From: Gonapodya sp. JEL0774 | Lineage: Eukaryota | Assembly: GCA_027604505.1 (NCBI GenBank) | Contig: JADIIX010000006.1 | Coordinates: 1-64,000 of the forward strand | Reading direction: 5' to 3' | DNA: 64,000 nt | Shown here: piece by piece, positions 25,945-36,709 of the stretch | How positions within the stretch are numbered: position 1 is the stretch's first letter | How the letters are laid out: every line of letters begins with the position of its first letter | The notes under the pieces: generated by a model | Told to the model about the DNA's origin: nothing | The model's database searches: none | Seen by the model: the letters and a program-made list of their open reading frames with translations, nothing else | Translations under genes and position numbers: made by a program

Positions 25945-26267
25945 TTCTTCTGTCGATAGTTGCGGATCGGATTTATCGCCAGCAACAACGCCTGGCAGCG
26001 AGTTGAGAACAAGGAGCAAGTGGACACAATTAAGTTCAGATGAAATATCTTGTCGCGAACTGTATATAGGCGATATGCGTACCGATTTAGTGATGGAATA
26101 TTGTCGCGCTTGAATTTTGAAACCACGTCAGCTTTCGAGATCCCCTAAATATGCAGAGCACCGTGCATGCTCATGTTTATCACCCCGAATTGATTGCATT
26201 AAATTTTCGCTCGTACAGCTGTTATTAGTGTCGCACTCTGTCATGCAATTACAATCGCTTGCTTCTT

Positions 26268-27719
26268 TTACAAATCCTCACCCCACCTAGCAAACACCAC
26301 TGCAGCCAAACCCCTCACCGCCGCATCACTTCTAATTGCGTCATAGTACGGGTTTCCGGCTCCACTTAAGCCCAGTCCAAGTTCACCACCGTAAGCTCCT
26401 CCTGGTGACGACAACACGGCGTGCACTGTCTTTGAGACCCGGGGAAGCAGTGTCGCAAGGGGGACGGAGAGAGAAGGAGCACGAGACGTGGGTGGAGCAG
26501 CGAGTGCGGCGGCGGAGGCATCACCACCTGTGAGAATGGGAAGATTGTCGTTACCCGATGGAGCAGGATCGGGTGGTGTGAATGTGGATGATTTGAAGTG
26601 TGATACTAAAACCTCAAACGATGCGTCTAGTGAGGATCGAAGCGTCATGGCAAAATCGACCGAAGTGAAGGTGAGATGCAACTCGCGCAGGAGTCGTCGC
26701 AGAGAAGGAGAGACTGGAGATTTCGGGAACTCCGCGTCAATCGTGGAGGGAGGGTTCGGTGTCGTCTCGCCTGAGGTGGAGGTCATCACCTGAATCTCTG
26801 CAGGAGAATCTGGGAGGGGTAGGATGTACTGGATAAAAGCGTGGAACTCTGGTGGGGTATGGGTTGTGCCTCCAGACCCGCCCGCACCTCGACCAAAAGC
26901 GCTGGAAGAGGGAGCATCCTCAAGTTCAATCTTCGCGCGCGCATTCTCAATGTAGGTGACAAAGTCATCGAACGTGACTGGCTGTTTGAGAGCAACATTG
27001 CCGAGTGTTTCCTCCACAGCCCATTTCGTACGTTGGATGAGAGGGCGATATCCGACATTGAGCAGGTACCACGAAAAGGAGAGGAACTCGCGCTCGGTCT
27101 GTGGATCCACTGCCTCATAACGGGTCTCTGAAAATGCCGGAGGAACAGCGGTTGTGGTGTCTGGGGTGTCCTCATCAGCGGAAATTATGGACTCAATATA
27201 GGATCCTCGACCGAGAAGACTAATTTGGGTCTGAACAAGTATTGAGAGCAGATTGAGGAGGTATACCGATGCCAAAGTGCGGGCAAAGGCGAGGACTTTC
27301 AGGTCATTCCACAGTCTCAGTTTGGCATCTTTGTCCAACGGAGGCTGATCACGTGGGGCAGGAACGGAAGACGATTTTGTCCCGTCCATCCCACCATTCA
27401 CCGCTGCCACTGCCGCGTCCACCGCCGCTCGTGCAGCCCCGACAGTCGCTGATTGATTCTGTTTCCCTTGCAATCTCGCGGTCAGATCCTCCACCCTCAT
27501 ATCCTCCAACAAATGTCCCAACACGCTCGGAAATAGCGCCGCAGCAGCCCATGCAGTGTCTTGGTTATTCCGAGCGAATCTGCGGGCCAGATTCTCTCTG
27601 GCCCGGTCTGCGGACCCCACAGTGGACAGTTCTCGGATCTTCCCCGAGAGCCATCCGGCTGCAACGTAGCCTGCTGCAGCGATGCCTGCAGTGTAAATCC
27701 AGAAATCCATGCGACTCAT
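26268..27719 (-). CDS. PEX3: Peroxin-3, intronless
   Basis: N-terminal TM, ARENLARRFARNNQD, KLRLWNDLKVLAFART, QISLLGRGSY, FLSFSWYLLNVG. Confidence 0.93.
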   Translation of the reverse strand: MSRMDFWIYTAGIAAAGYVAAGWLSGKIRELSTVGSADRARENLARRFARNNQDTAWAAAALFPSVLGHLLEDMRVEDLTARLQGKQNQSATVGAARAAVDAAVAAVNGGMDGTKSSSVPAPRDQPPLDKDAKLRLWNDLKVLAFARTLASVYLLNLLSILVQTQISLLGRGSYIESIISADEDTPDTTTAVPPAFSETRYEAVDPQTEREFLSFSWYLLNVGYRPLIQRTKWAVEETLGNVALKQPVTFDDFVTYIENARAKIELEDAPSSSAFGRGAGGSGGTTHTPPEFHAFIQYILPLPDSPAEIQVMTSTSGETTPNPPSTIDAEFPKSPVSPSLRRLLRELHLTFTSVDFAMTLRSSLDASFEVLVSHFKSSTFTPPDPAPSGNDNLPILTGGDASAAALAAPPTSRAPSLSVPLATLLPRVSKTVHAVLSSPGGAYGGELGLGLSGAGNPYYDAIRSDAAVRGLAAVVFARWGEDL

Positions 27720-28119
27720 TGGCAAACGCGCCAATCAAAATCGCGGTTCGCGATTGTTGGTTGGTCACAAACTGATTGAACCTTCATTGTATTTTTGCCA
27801 TTATTTACATTACTACAAATGATGCATACCGTAAGACAAAGTCACGTCTCAATAACGACTTACTCCAAAGCAGACTTCAGTAATACCTGGCAAGCTAATG
27901 CACTGAAAAAGTGTGAATTGAAGTATACTAAAAGAGCGGTGCATTTGGACCGCAACGATAAGCAAGGATGCCGATCGGAGAATGTTGGGAGACTGCGAGT
28001 TTCGGGATCAAATTTCAGTGATGAAGGAAAGTGCCTAAGTGCGACAGAGCTCCCGCACGGACTGACAATATAATCATCTATAATCTCCCCCGCACTCCAC
28101 ACACTCAAGCTCTGTTGCA

Positions 28120-29708
28120 ATGTTCCCATCAAAACTTTCTGCACGCTTTCCTTTGCTCAAGTCTGCCCGCCAGCAGCTCCCACTCCCACTTCTGAACGCC
28201 CGCCGCAGCTTTTCGGCGTCAATTACTGCAAACAGAGTACGGTTCTTCACATTCGTCGGATTACGCTGCAGATGGCAACCGTTTTTTCGTCTATAGGATT
28301 GGACTCATCTCATTCAGTTTGTGTCCGATGATGGATCGGTCTACTTGGGGGAGGTGTGTCAGATGTGAAGAAGATCTCTGATGAGTATTCCATTCTCACC
28401 CAACAACTACTGCTCAATGTAATTGCAGCCAGTCTCTCTCACCTCTGAGGGTGAACTGCCTTCCATGGACAAGTGTGAGGCAAGGGTCATAGATGGATTC
28501 TCTGTTGACGAGCAGGGAGTCAAGAAAGGTCAAGTCACGAGTGAGCTCAAGAAGGTGGTCAAGGCAAGTCTTTTCCCGTTTTCTATTCTTTAGAAGTGTC
28601 TCCTTGTGTAATCTCTCCTGGGGAGTGACAGCTTCTGTCCCCTCTCAATGCGTCTTCCATCCCTCAATTCGAGTGCATTGGACTTAACTATCGACAACAC
28701 GCGGCGGAGACCAACATGTCTGTCCCAAACTTTCCGATTCTTTTCACTAAGCCTAGAACAGCTTTGGGTGGCCCCTTTGACGATGTCATTGTCCCTGAAA
28801 TCTGTACGAACAACCAAATGTATGGAATAGCTTGGTGCGGAGATTGACCACTTTCCCCTCTCATATTTTCTACTTCCTCCAGAGATTATGAGGTCGAGCT
28901 TGCCGTCGTAATTGGTACTCCAGCAAAGGACGTCCCACCCGAAGAGGCTCTCAGTCATGTTCTTGGGTTCGTGTTTTCAAGTTTCATCCTTCTTAAAATC
29001 CGCCTTGTCACTCTTGTCTCACAATGATTTCTTGCGGCCGCTTCTAAAATTTCGCCACTAGCTTCACTTCTTCCAACGACGTATCCGCTCGTAAATGGCA
29101 AGGTTCAAAACTAGGCGGCGGCCAGTGGTCTTTCTCGAAATCTTTTGACGGATTTGCACCATTGGGCCCCATGCTTGTGACTCAAGAGGCACTAGGTGAC
29201 CCCAACTCACTCCGTATAAAGACGCGACTGAACGGTCAAGAGGTTCAAAACAGCTCCACAGCTGACATGATTTTTGATGTCAAGGTAGGTCGCCATGGAT
29301 GGAAGCTTAACCGTGATCCCAATAACACCCCGTCTTTCTTCTTCTATTAGAATCTCGTGTCATTCCTCTCCCAGGGGACGACCCTTCTTCCAGGAACGGT
29401 GATCCTGACAGGCACGCCTCATGGTGTCGGGTTCACGCGAAGTCCGCCGCTGTTTGTCAAGGATGGAGACCACGTCAGTGTGCGTAACCTTATCTTTTAT
29501 GTTCGATCGGACTGTGTGGTGCCTTCAACTGTCTCATTTGGTCGACATTTTGGACACCCGTGCTGACCCTACCTTTTATCACGGTCCGGCGCGACGTGAA
29601 CAGTGTTGGATTGAGAAAATTGGTGCTACACACAACAAGTTCGTGTACCAAAAGACCGGGGATGGGTTTAACTGGGCGATAAAGACGGGTGTTGTTCGCA
29701 ACAAGTGA
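28120..29708 (+). CDS. Fumarylacetoacetate hydrolase family (FAHD2/Fmp41-like), mitochondrial presequence
   Basis: [66 protein letters not shown]; one GC donor at ~28564. Confidence 0.92.
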
Positions 29709-29828
29709 CGGCTGTTGCTAGATCGATTGTAAATTTTTACAGTCGGTAAAGGTCCCAGTTCTCGCACCAAAGCGTGTTCTTTCTCCGAAAACAATGCAAA
29801 GCGACGTGCAAGCAAAAAATGCGCTCTC

Positions 29829-32708
29829 TTAATCCAGAATTGCAGAAAGTTTCATCGTGCGAAGGCGCGGTCCTTGCGCACTATCAGTCCCATCAATCGC
29901 TACGTTCCTGTTGCCTTCTCCACTTACAGACAAGCCTTGTCTCTCCGCGTCAGCGTTTGAGTTTACCAATTTTCCACCGTCCAATCTCTCATTGAAGGAG
30001 GACGAATCAGAGAGACCCTCCGCAATTGCAAGCAATTGTTCCAAAGCAGAATATTCTCGATGCACTGGGCCCAACTCTGCGGGTACCGCTGTCTGGTCAC
30101 CACGGTTGATCGGGTTCTCCTCTACCTCACCTGCAGTGATAGTTTCGGCGTCGCAAACTTTAAGCAAAGACATTGAGATACCAATCTCGGAAGGCGATCC
30201 TTTCCTGTCAGAAGAGCTGGTACTGTGCTCATAATCAAGGAGATCTGAGGTTTTACTGGAGGGATTTGGATTCCAGTTCCTAAAACAGCCTCCCCGTCCT
30301 CTGGTCCTGTCGGTCGGCTTAAGCTGCTGGACCTGTCCCCGCAATTCGCCCTTCTCAATGTATTCATTCGATGCGTCGGACATGTTCTCGTCCTTTCGGG
30401 CCTCTTCACCGTTTGCTAGTCGTGGTCGTGGCTTGCTCGATGAAGCAGCACGTCGGATCTTCTTGGACGGAGCGCCAGAGATGTTCTTAGTGCTCTTTTT
30501 GGTTACTTGCGTCTGTGGAGTTGACGAAGGAGAGCTGATCCCGTTGTGGACTCCATTCCGTGTTGATTTGCTCAACTTAACAACTTTGGCAAACTGAAGG
30601 CCACATGCCTATGGATTAGGGCAAAGGGTGAAAAAGCAGCACAATCCGGTATATCATTGAGTCAAAGTGCTTGAAGAGAAAATGTGCGCTCTATGTTACC
30701 GACATTGCACAGGGTCCTGTGGGTGTCCGGCCCCCTTCTCCATTCCGGCGTTTCTGTGACACCACAACTGTTGCACTGGCGAATTCGGCTACTTCCTGTA
30801 ATAGAAGCTGACGGTACAATGCCTACAGGTGCTACCTGAATCGGTCGGCTGAGTGAGGTATGACAAGGATTCAAGCTCTCAGCCTTGGAACTCACTACTG
30901 AACACTCTGTGGCTTTCTTCCTCTTCCTACCACTTTCTTGATCTCCACTATCCAGTGCTTGACTTTGCAAAGTTTCTTCAATTGCGATAGCGCTCAATTG
31001 ATGTGAGTCCGATGAATCTCCCAACCTCGATGAACTCTCCTGACACTCGAATGTTGGAACAGTGCGTTTGAGACGGACGAGATCAATATCGTCAACTGTA
31101 GTCTTGAAAGGCACGCAGAAACGTAAGCACCGAATCTTAACTACTTCACTCATGAGCACAGAGATGCCACATCGCAGATCACGTACGTCTTCACCCTTTC
31201 TCGCAACTCTCATAGCCTGTAGTATTTGGTACGCTTCAAACACTTTTGAGCACAGGCGCGGTAGAAGTTGATCCAGATCTGAATTGGACAGGGCGGATGG
31301 ACCAGTCTTGTCCTCTGAATGGATGGAAGTGTCCCACGGATAACCGGAATTAATGGGCGGCATGGAATCAGGAATGGAAAAGAGAGGGGTCGCAAGTGGA
31401 GTCGGATATGGAGGTGGCGTGGTTAAACCATTGAACAGATCTCGATAATTCTGGGTAGCAAACATTGTGAGCTGACGAGCAGTGTGGGAGAGCTGATAAG
31501 AGCGTGCAATTGACGGACAAATCGGAAGATGAGGTTTGTTCAAAATTGGCTTTAGGCATTACCAGCAAAATCCAAACCTTGATCATGCTATCCATCTTAC
31601 GATGTATCTCATCGGAAACAGCACTGTGATCAAACTTATCACGCCTTTCTTCATCTGTAAACTTGTGATCTGCGAACGGAACGCGCGGGTCATTGCCAGC
31701 GAAGAGGTGCTTTTGATTCCAATGATTATTCGGTTGAGTTTCCGAGCCTGGGTCGGCGCCGAGACTGTCGGAATCGGTCTGATGATCAACAAACCGTGTT
31801 TGAGGTCTGAAAAGAAAGTTCGGGGTTGAAGTCATCGATGGTCGCCGTCGAGATAATCCCATAGCCTGATTCACTCCTAAATTTGCAGGTGTCAATGGCC
31901 TTCTCGAGGGATGGAAATTTTGTCCTGAATGGGGATCAGTGCCAACTGTCCTATTGCCGTCTCTTGTTGCAAGGAGAGTCAGTTGTGGTTCTACCGTTAG
32001 ATCCTCGGCCAAACAGGGAGAAGACAAAAAGAGCGGAGAGTAAGGTCCGAGGTCTCTCTGTATTCCTGACATCCCATGTGGTTGGGTGATCGGGGCTGTT
32101 CTAATATCCTGAAAGGTGGATGGGTTGCACGTTGAAAGATTCCAGAGCCCGCCGGGAGAGATGGACGATCCAGAAAAAGACTTCAAATTGCCCCAATAGG
32201 GGTCACATAAGCGGGTTGTTTGACTGGATCTGGCCGAGGCGGATGTGACGATTGGGAGACATATTGACGACGGGCACCGATAGCTGTACGGTGGCGGTGA
32301 GAGAACAGGCTCAAGCAGAGTAGATTGCCCGAGGGGGATTTTGGAGACTTGCAATGTCTTGAGAGCAGTGGTAGACGACTGGTCTGATCCGTGGACCAGC
32401 GATCTTGAATCAGGCACTGTGGGCGGCATCTGTGTTTTTTCGAGGAATGACGTTTGGGGTGGAGATGCAGAACCTGGGCAACTTGATGAAGTGAGAAAAA
32501 AAGTGGTCGAAAGGGGATTTTGGAAGCATGTTGGTGAGACCGGACTTTGGAGGGATGCTGAGAGGAAGCTCGCTTCAACGACAGCAGCAGCCTGAGTGAG
32601 ATTGGAGTACTGAGAAGGGGAGTCGTCTGGAACCTGCTGCATTGCTTTTAGCCTGGTAAAGCATACGAAGTGGGCAGTTGGGCAGGTTGGGCAGTGAGAA
32701 GTCGGCAT
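29829..32708 (-). CDS. GATA-type zinc-finger transcription factor (start uncertain)
   Basis: CNSCGVTETPEWRRGPDTHRTLCN|ACGLQFAK (C-x2-C-x18-C-x2-C); flanking Ser/Pro-rich ORFs joined by GT-AG introns. Confidence 0.85.
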
Positions 32709-33549
32709 CGGTTTCGAATGACCCGGTTACAAGTGGACATGGACTCACGTGTAAATCTGCTTCCAAGGACCGAGTTGTAGATGTAGTGGTGTTGTTATGA
32801 CTTTCCTTACTTTTGGAGATCTTGGCAATCACATGTTCGTCATCCAGGCGACTTCAGGCGGCAACTCTGTGCGGCCAGGCATTTTTCATGTTTGTTTAGT
32901 GTCACTTACACGGAGACTACTACTGTTTTGCTTCTTCGCAAAGAATACGTGACTTGGGAGGAGGAAAGTCTGACGGGGCAATAGATTTAAACACGGTCGG
33001 ATAGGATTGACTATGTAAGTTTATGATGAATGGGAGTATATATAATGACCATTGGAAACAAAATCGCTTTCATCGGGGCTCATATCGTTCTATGTAACTA
33101 ATACAAGCGGAGACGTTGGATTTCCGACGTCCATGACGACTATACTCTGCAGACTATAACTATGGTAGCTATAGGCTGGTTCGGCATGAGCAAGCACCCA
33201 AGATACAAGAACCCAGTATCAAAAAAGGACCTTCTTAGCACTCGTACGGCTCTGCCGCACCAGAATAAATGGTGGCGTCTCAGACTGGAACACCCATACC
33301 GAAAAACGAGACACGTAGTAGCATGGGTGTTCAGATACTTGAGATGCACTCGAGGTGTTACTAATTTTTGCGAAACGTCGACCGAAGCATCTCGGTTTGC
33401 TTCTGAAAACATTTGGGAATGCAAAGGGCCATGTTGTGATTATCGGCGATCACCACATGATGAAGAGAAAAAAAAATTTGTGAGGGGCCTCACTTGACTC
33501 ACGATGACGCCTCCCGACACAACAATTGACCACCGCCTAGTTAGCGGAT

Positions 33550-33598
33550 TGGTGGCCGGAGAGTAGCCGGATAGTGGCCGGATAATGGCCAGATAGCC
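33550..33598 (+). repeat. Degenerate 11-bp tandem repeat (consensus TAGTGGCCGGA, ~4.5 copies)
   Basis: TGGTGGCCGGA GAGTAGCCGGA TAGTGGCCGGA TAATGGCCAGA TAGCC. Confidence 0.8.
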
Positions 33599-34194
33599 AA
33601 ATTGTAGCTTGGACGATTCATACTTTTGTTTCCAGTTTTGTTCATGTTAGGGGTTTTGGGATTGGCTGGTGGGGGAGAGAAACCACCAGCCAAAGAACCA
33701 GTGACACATCAGTTCTCCTCAACTCAACGAACTTTTGCCGTTGGGCAGCAAAAGCTTTCTCAAAATACACCACAACGACAGCGTCTCTGGAATCTTAACG
33801 GCAGGAACGGGCACGGGAGTCCGGCTGGATCACCAATCAAAGCGGACAGATATCCCCAAGCGAACGCCTGAGCAGTGAACCGCCTGGCTACCCGTACACA
33901 GCTTCGCGCTACACTTGGTGCTCGTCTGGACATCTTGCCTCACCTGTCCCATTCTGACAGGCCCACAACCTACATACAGTCCCACAGGCTGGAGCTTACT
34001 CGTAGTTCCCTCCCGTATCGCCGTTTGGACGAAGTTTTTGGGACAAAAGTTCTTCGGTTTGCTGCATCCCTGGACTGCCCGTGGTTTTGACGGACAAAGA
34101 ACGTGATTTACGTTTGGTTTCCTGGACCCAACATACTTTAAGAGCACCGACTGCTCGCTCTGCTTACACAATAGAGCTGCTCCGACATCTCGAT

Positions 34195-36523
34195 ATGGAC
34201 AGGGCGCATGAGTTGGTGGACACTTCCAGTCCAACCAACCAAGTGGACACGGTTCCGGACGCGGATTCTCACCATCGCCAAAATTCTGACATCAGCACCG
34301 GGGAAACAACTGGAAAACCGATTCTGGACGAATCATTGACTCCAGTACCTACCACAATAACCACCTCCACAGTGAATGTATCGTCTGTCCCGGACACTTC
34401 CACCATGCTCCCCCCTTCACAGACGGTGCCCGTTGCTACCACGTTCGAGCGCCGTCGCTCTTCCTTGTCTCAGCGAGTTCCGCATGGCCATTCTGTGGAT
34501 ATCGACACTGTTTCAAATGCCTCCCCTACCGAAGTCCACTCCCACCCCTACTCCCTCATCCACGATATAGCGCTGCACGCGTCACGTTTTTTTGCCGCTG
34601 CCGCTGCAGGACCGGACCAGACGCAAGCGGCACAGCTCTCCAGTCAGCTTGCCAGTCTCGTGTGGCAAGTCACCCCAGCCCATCTCAACGTTCGTCCGCC
34701 AACCGATGGAATCGAGTACTACCCCGTTTTTGAGAGCGTAGCGTTCACCATGTGTGTCTTTGTCATGAAGAGGGGTGCGACGATTCCAGTGCATGACCAT
34801 CCGGGAATGAATGTATTCAGGTGAGAACACACTTTGGCTTTAACCCAAACGATTGTAAACGCTTTCGCCAGTGCCTGGAGTCATTGATGCGGAAAGACGT
34901 GCTTTGACGGCGATTGCAGAAGACGCTTGGACTCATCGCACCTAATGGCTCATGATCAAATGTTGTTCCCTTCCACAATTTGTAGCAAAGTGGTGTCAGG
35001 CACCCTCCATGTCCGGTCCTACGATCTTCTCTCACACCCACAACCTCAACGCGTTTCCAACCCATCTTTCACCTCAGCGGAATCTCAAATATCTCCGATC
35101 ATGGAAACCGCGACCACGCTTCCCCTCCAACCTGGAGCCCTGCCTCCCGTTCTCACGGCCCGTCCTGCTAAAATTGTCCTGGACGCCGACATTTCCGCGG
35201 CGGATCCCCGGTCCCTGCTCACTATTCACTCGGACTCGGGCAACAACCTGCATTCCTTCACAGCCGTGTCCGATGTTGTTGTGGTGCTTGACATCATCGG
35301 GCCACCCTACGACGACCGAGGGCGAATATGTAAATACTTCAGGGAAGTCGGGGATAGGGAGAGAAGGAGCATGGGTCTTCCCCGTGCGGAGAAATGGGGC
35401 AATGTGGACGGCACGCCAACGAGTGCTGGGGGAAAGGAGAGGAAGTCGAAGAGGAAACATCACCATCATCACCATGCACATACACCTCATCACCATGGTT
35501 CTGGTACTGCCAATGTAGTGACGGGATCAGTAGGACAGTACTCCGCGGTGCAGTCCAACATGGATTGGGGTAAGTATTGCGAGATGTGAATCCCCAAACG
35601 AATCTTCTTTGTCCAAAATAACTCCCCTTCGCGTATCTGCAGAGGTTTTTGACTTCTCCTCTGCCTCTCTTGGCCAAGCAGACCCGACTCTTGCACTTGT
35701 TGCGTCAGGCGCAGACTCAGACAAATGGGCGCTATACGACAAGTCCACCGGCTCTGTCGGCGTCTACGATCTGTCCACGGGCTCCCTGCACGGGGTTTAT
35801 GACGCATCTACGGGGCAGCTCACTTCGCTCGCGGCTGCGCTCGGAGGCCTGTCCGTCGCGGGGAGAGCCGCGCCAGCAGCCACTTCCGCTGCAGGTGGGG
35901 TTTCAACAACCACCACCGCCTCTGACGGTCACGTGATCCGCGATGAGGGCAAGCGGTTATGGTTGGTGGAGGATCCCCAGGTGGATTACGATTGTACGGA
36001 GCGGACTTATTCGGGGGAGATGGTGTATCTCACAGGAGCAGTGACAGGGGCACCGGGTATTGCAGCGGGCGTGGTGGTTCATTCGCAACAGTCGGCAGCG
36101 CCGGTGCCGATATTGGCAGCATCGGTCCCCGTAGTCCCTGTAGTTCTGCCTGTCGCATCCTCATCTTCAGAGCCTGTGCAGCCTGGTGTGGCCCAGCCCT
36201 CAACTCGCAAGCGGAGAGAAGCGGCCCGAGCAATGGGCCCAGTCGGCGCATCCATGTACTCGACAGCTCGCAACGCTGCTTCCTCCTCCAGGCAGGCACT
36301 TCAACAACAAGCAGTCCAGCAGCGACTCGAAGCGGAGTTGAGAGCGCTGGGCTATGATGTTGCACCGAGTCATCAGCAGACACAACTTGGTGGTGTCGGT
36401 CAGGCTGGGGCGTTCGGTTCAGGTATCAGCGTGGATGGGCTTGCAAGTTTGATGGGGACGAGCGCGATGGAATTTGACTGGGATACGTTTGATGTGAGCA
36501 CACGATCACTGCCGGGGATGTGA
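34195..36523 (+). CDS. Plant cysteine oxidase/cysteamine dioxygenase (PCO_ADO) family thiol dioxygenase, 3 exons; start uncertain
   Basis: FTMCVFVMKRGATIPVHDHPGMNVFS|KVVSGTLHVRSYD, NNLHSFTA (third His), LDIIGPPY, CKYF, and distal WLVE...YSG. Confidence 0.92.
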
Positions 36524-36709
36524 AAGTGGGAAGAGGACGAGGACGATGTATTATAATTAATCGTCCTGCCGATAAAAGTCTGTGTGAACTGTACGGAAGG
36601 CGGTTTCCGCGATTATATGGATGGCAAGTTTCAGTGCACATATTCCAAAATTTACATAAATTAGATATCACGAAAAAGCCACACCATATCTGTTATTGTT
36701 TGTAAGGTG

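Noticed and set aside
33495..33501. TGACTCA (Gcn4 site) upstream of the ADO gene
   Set aside because: A single 7-mer is expected by chance several times in 64 kb, and others occur inside genes here (for example near 22046 and 29178)
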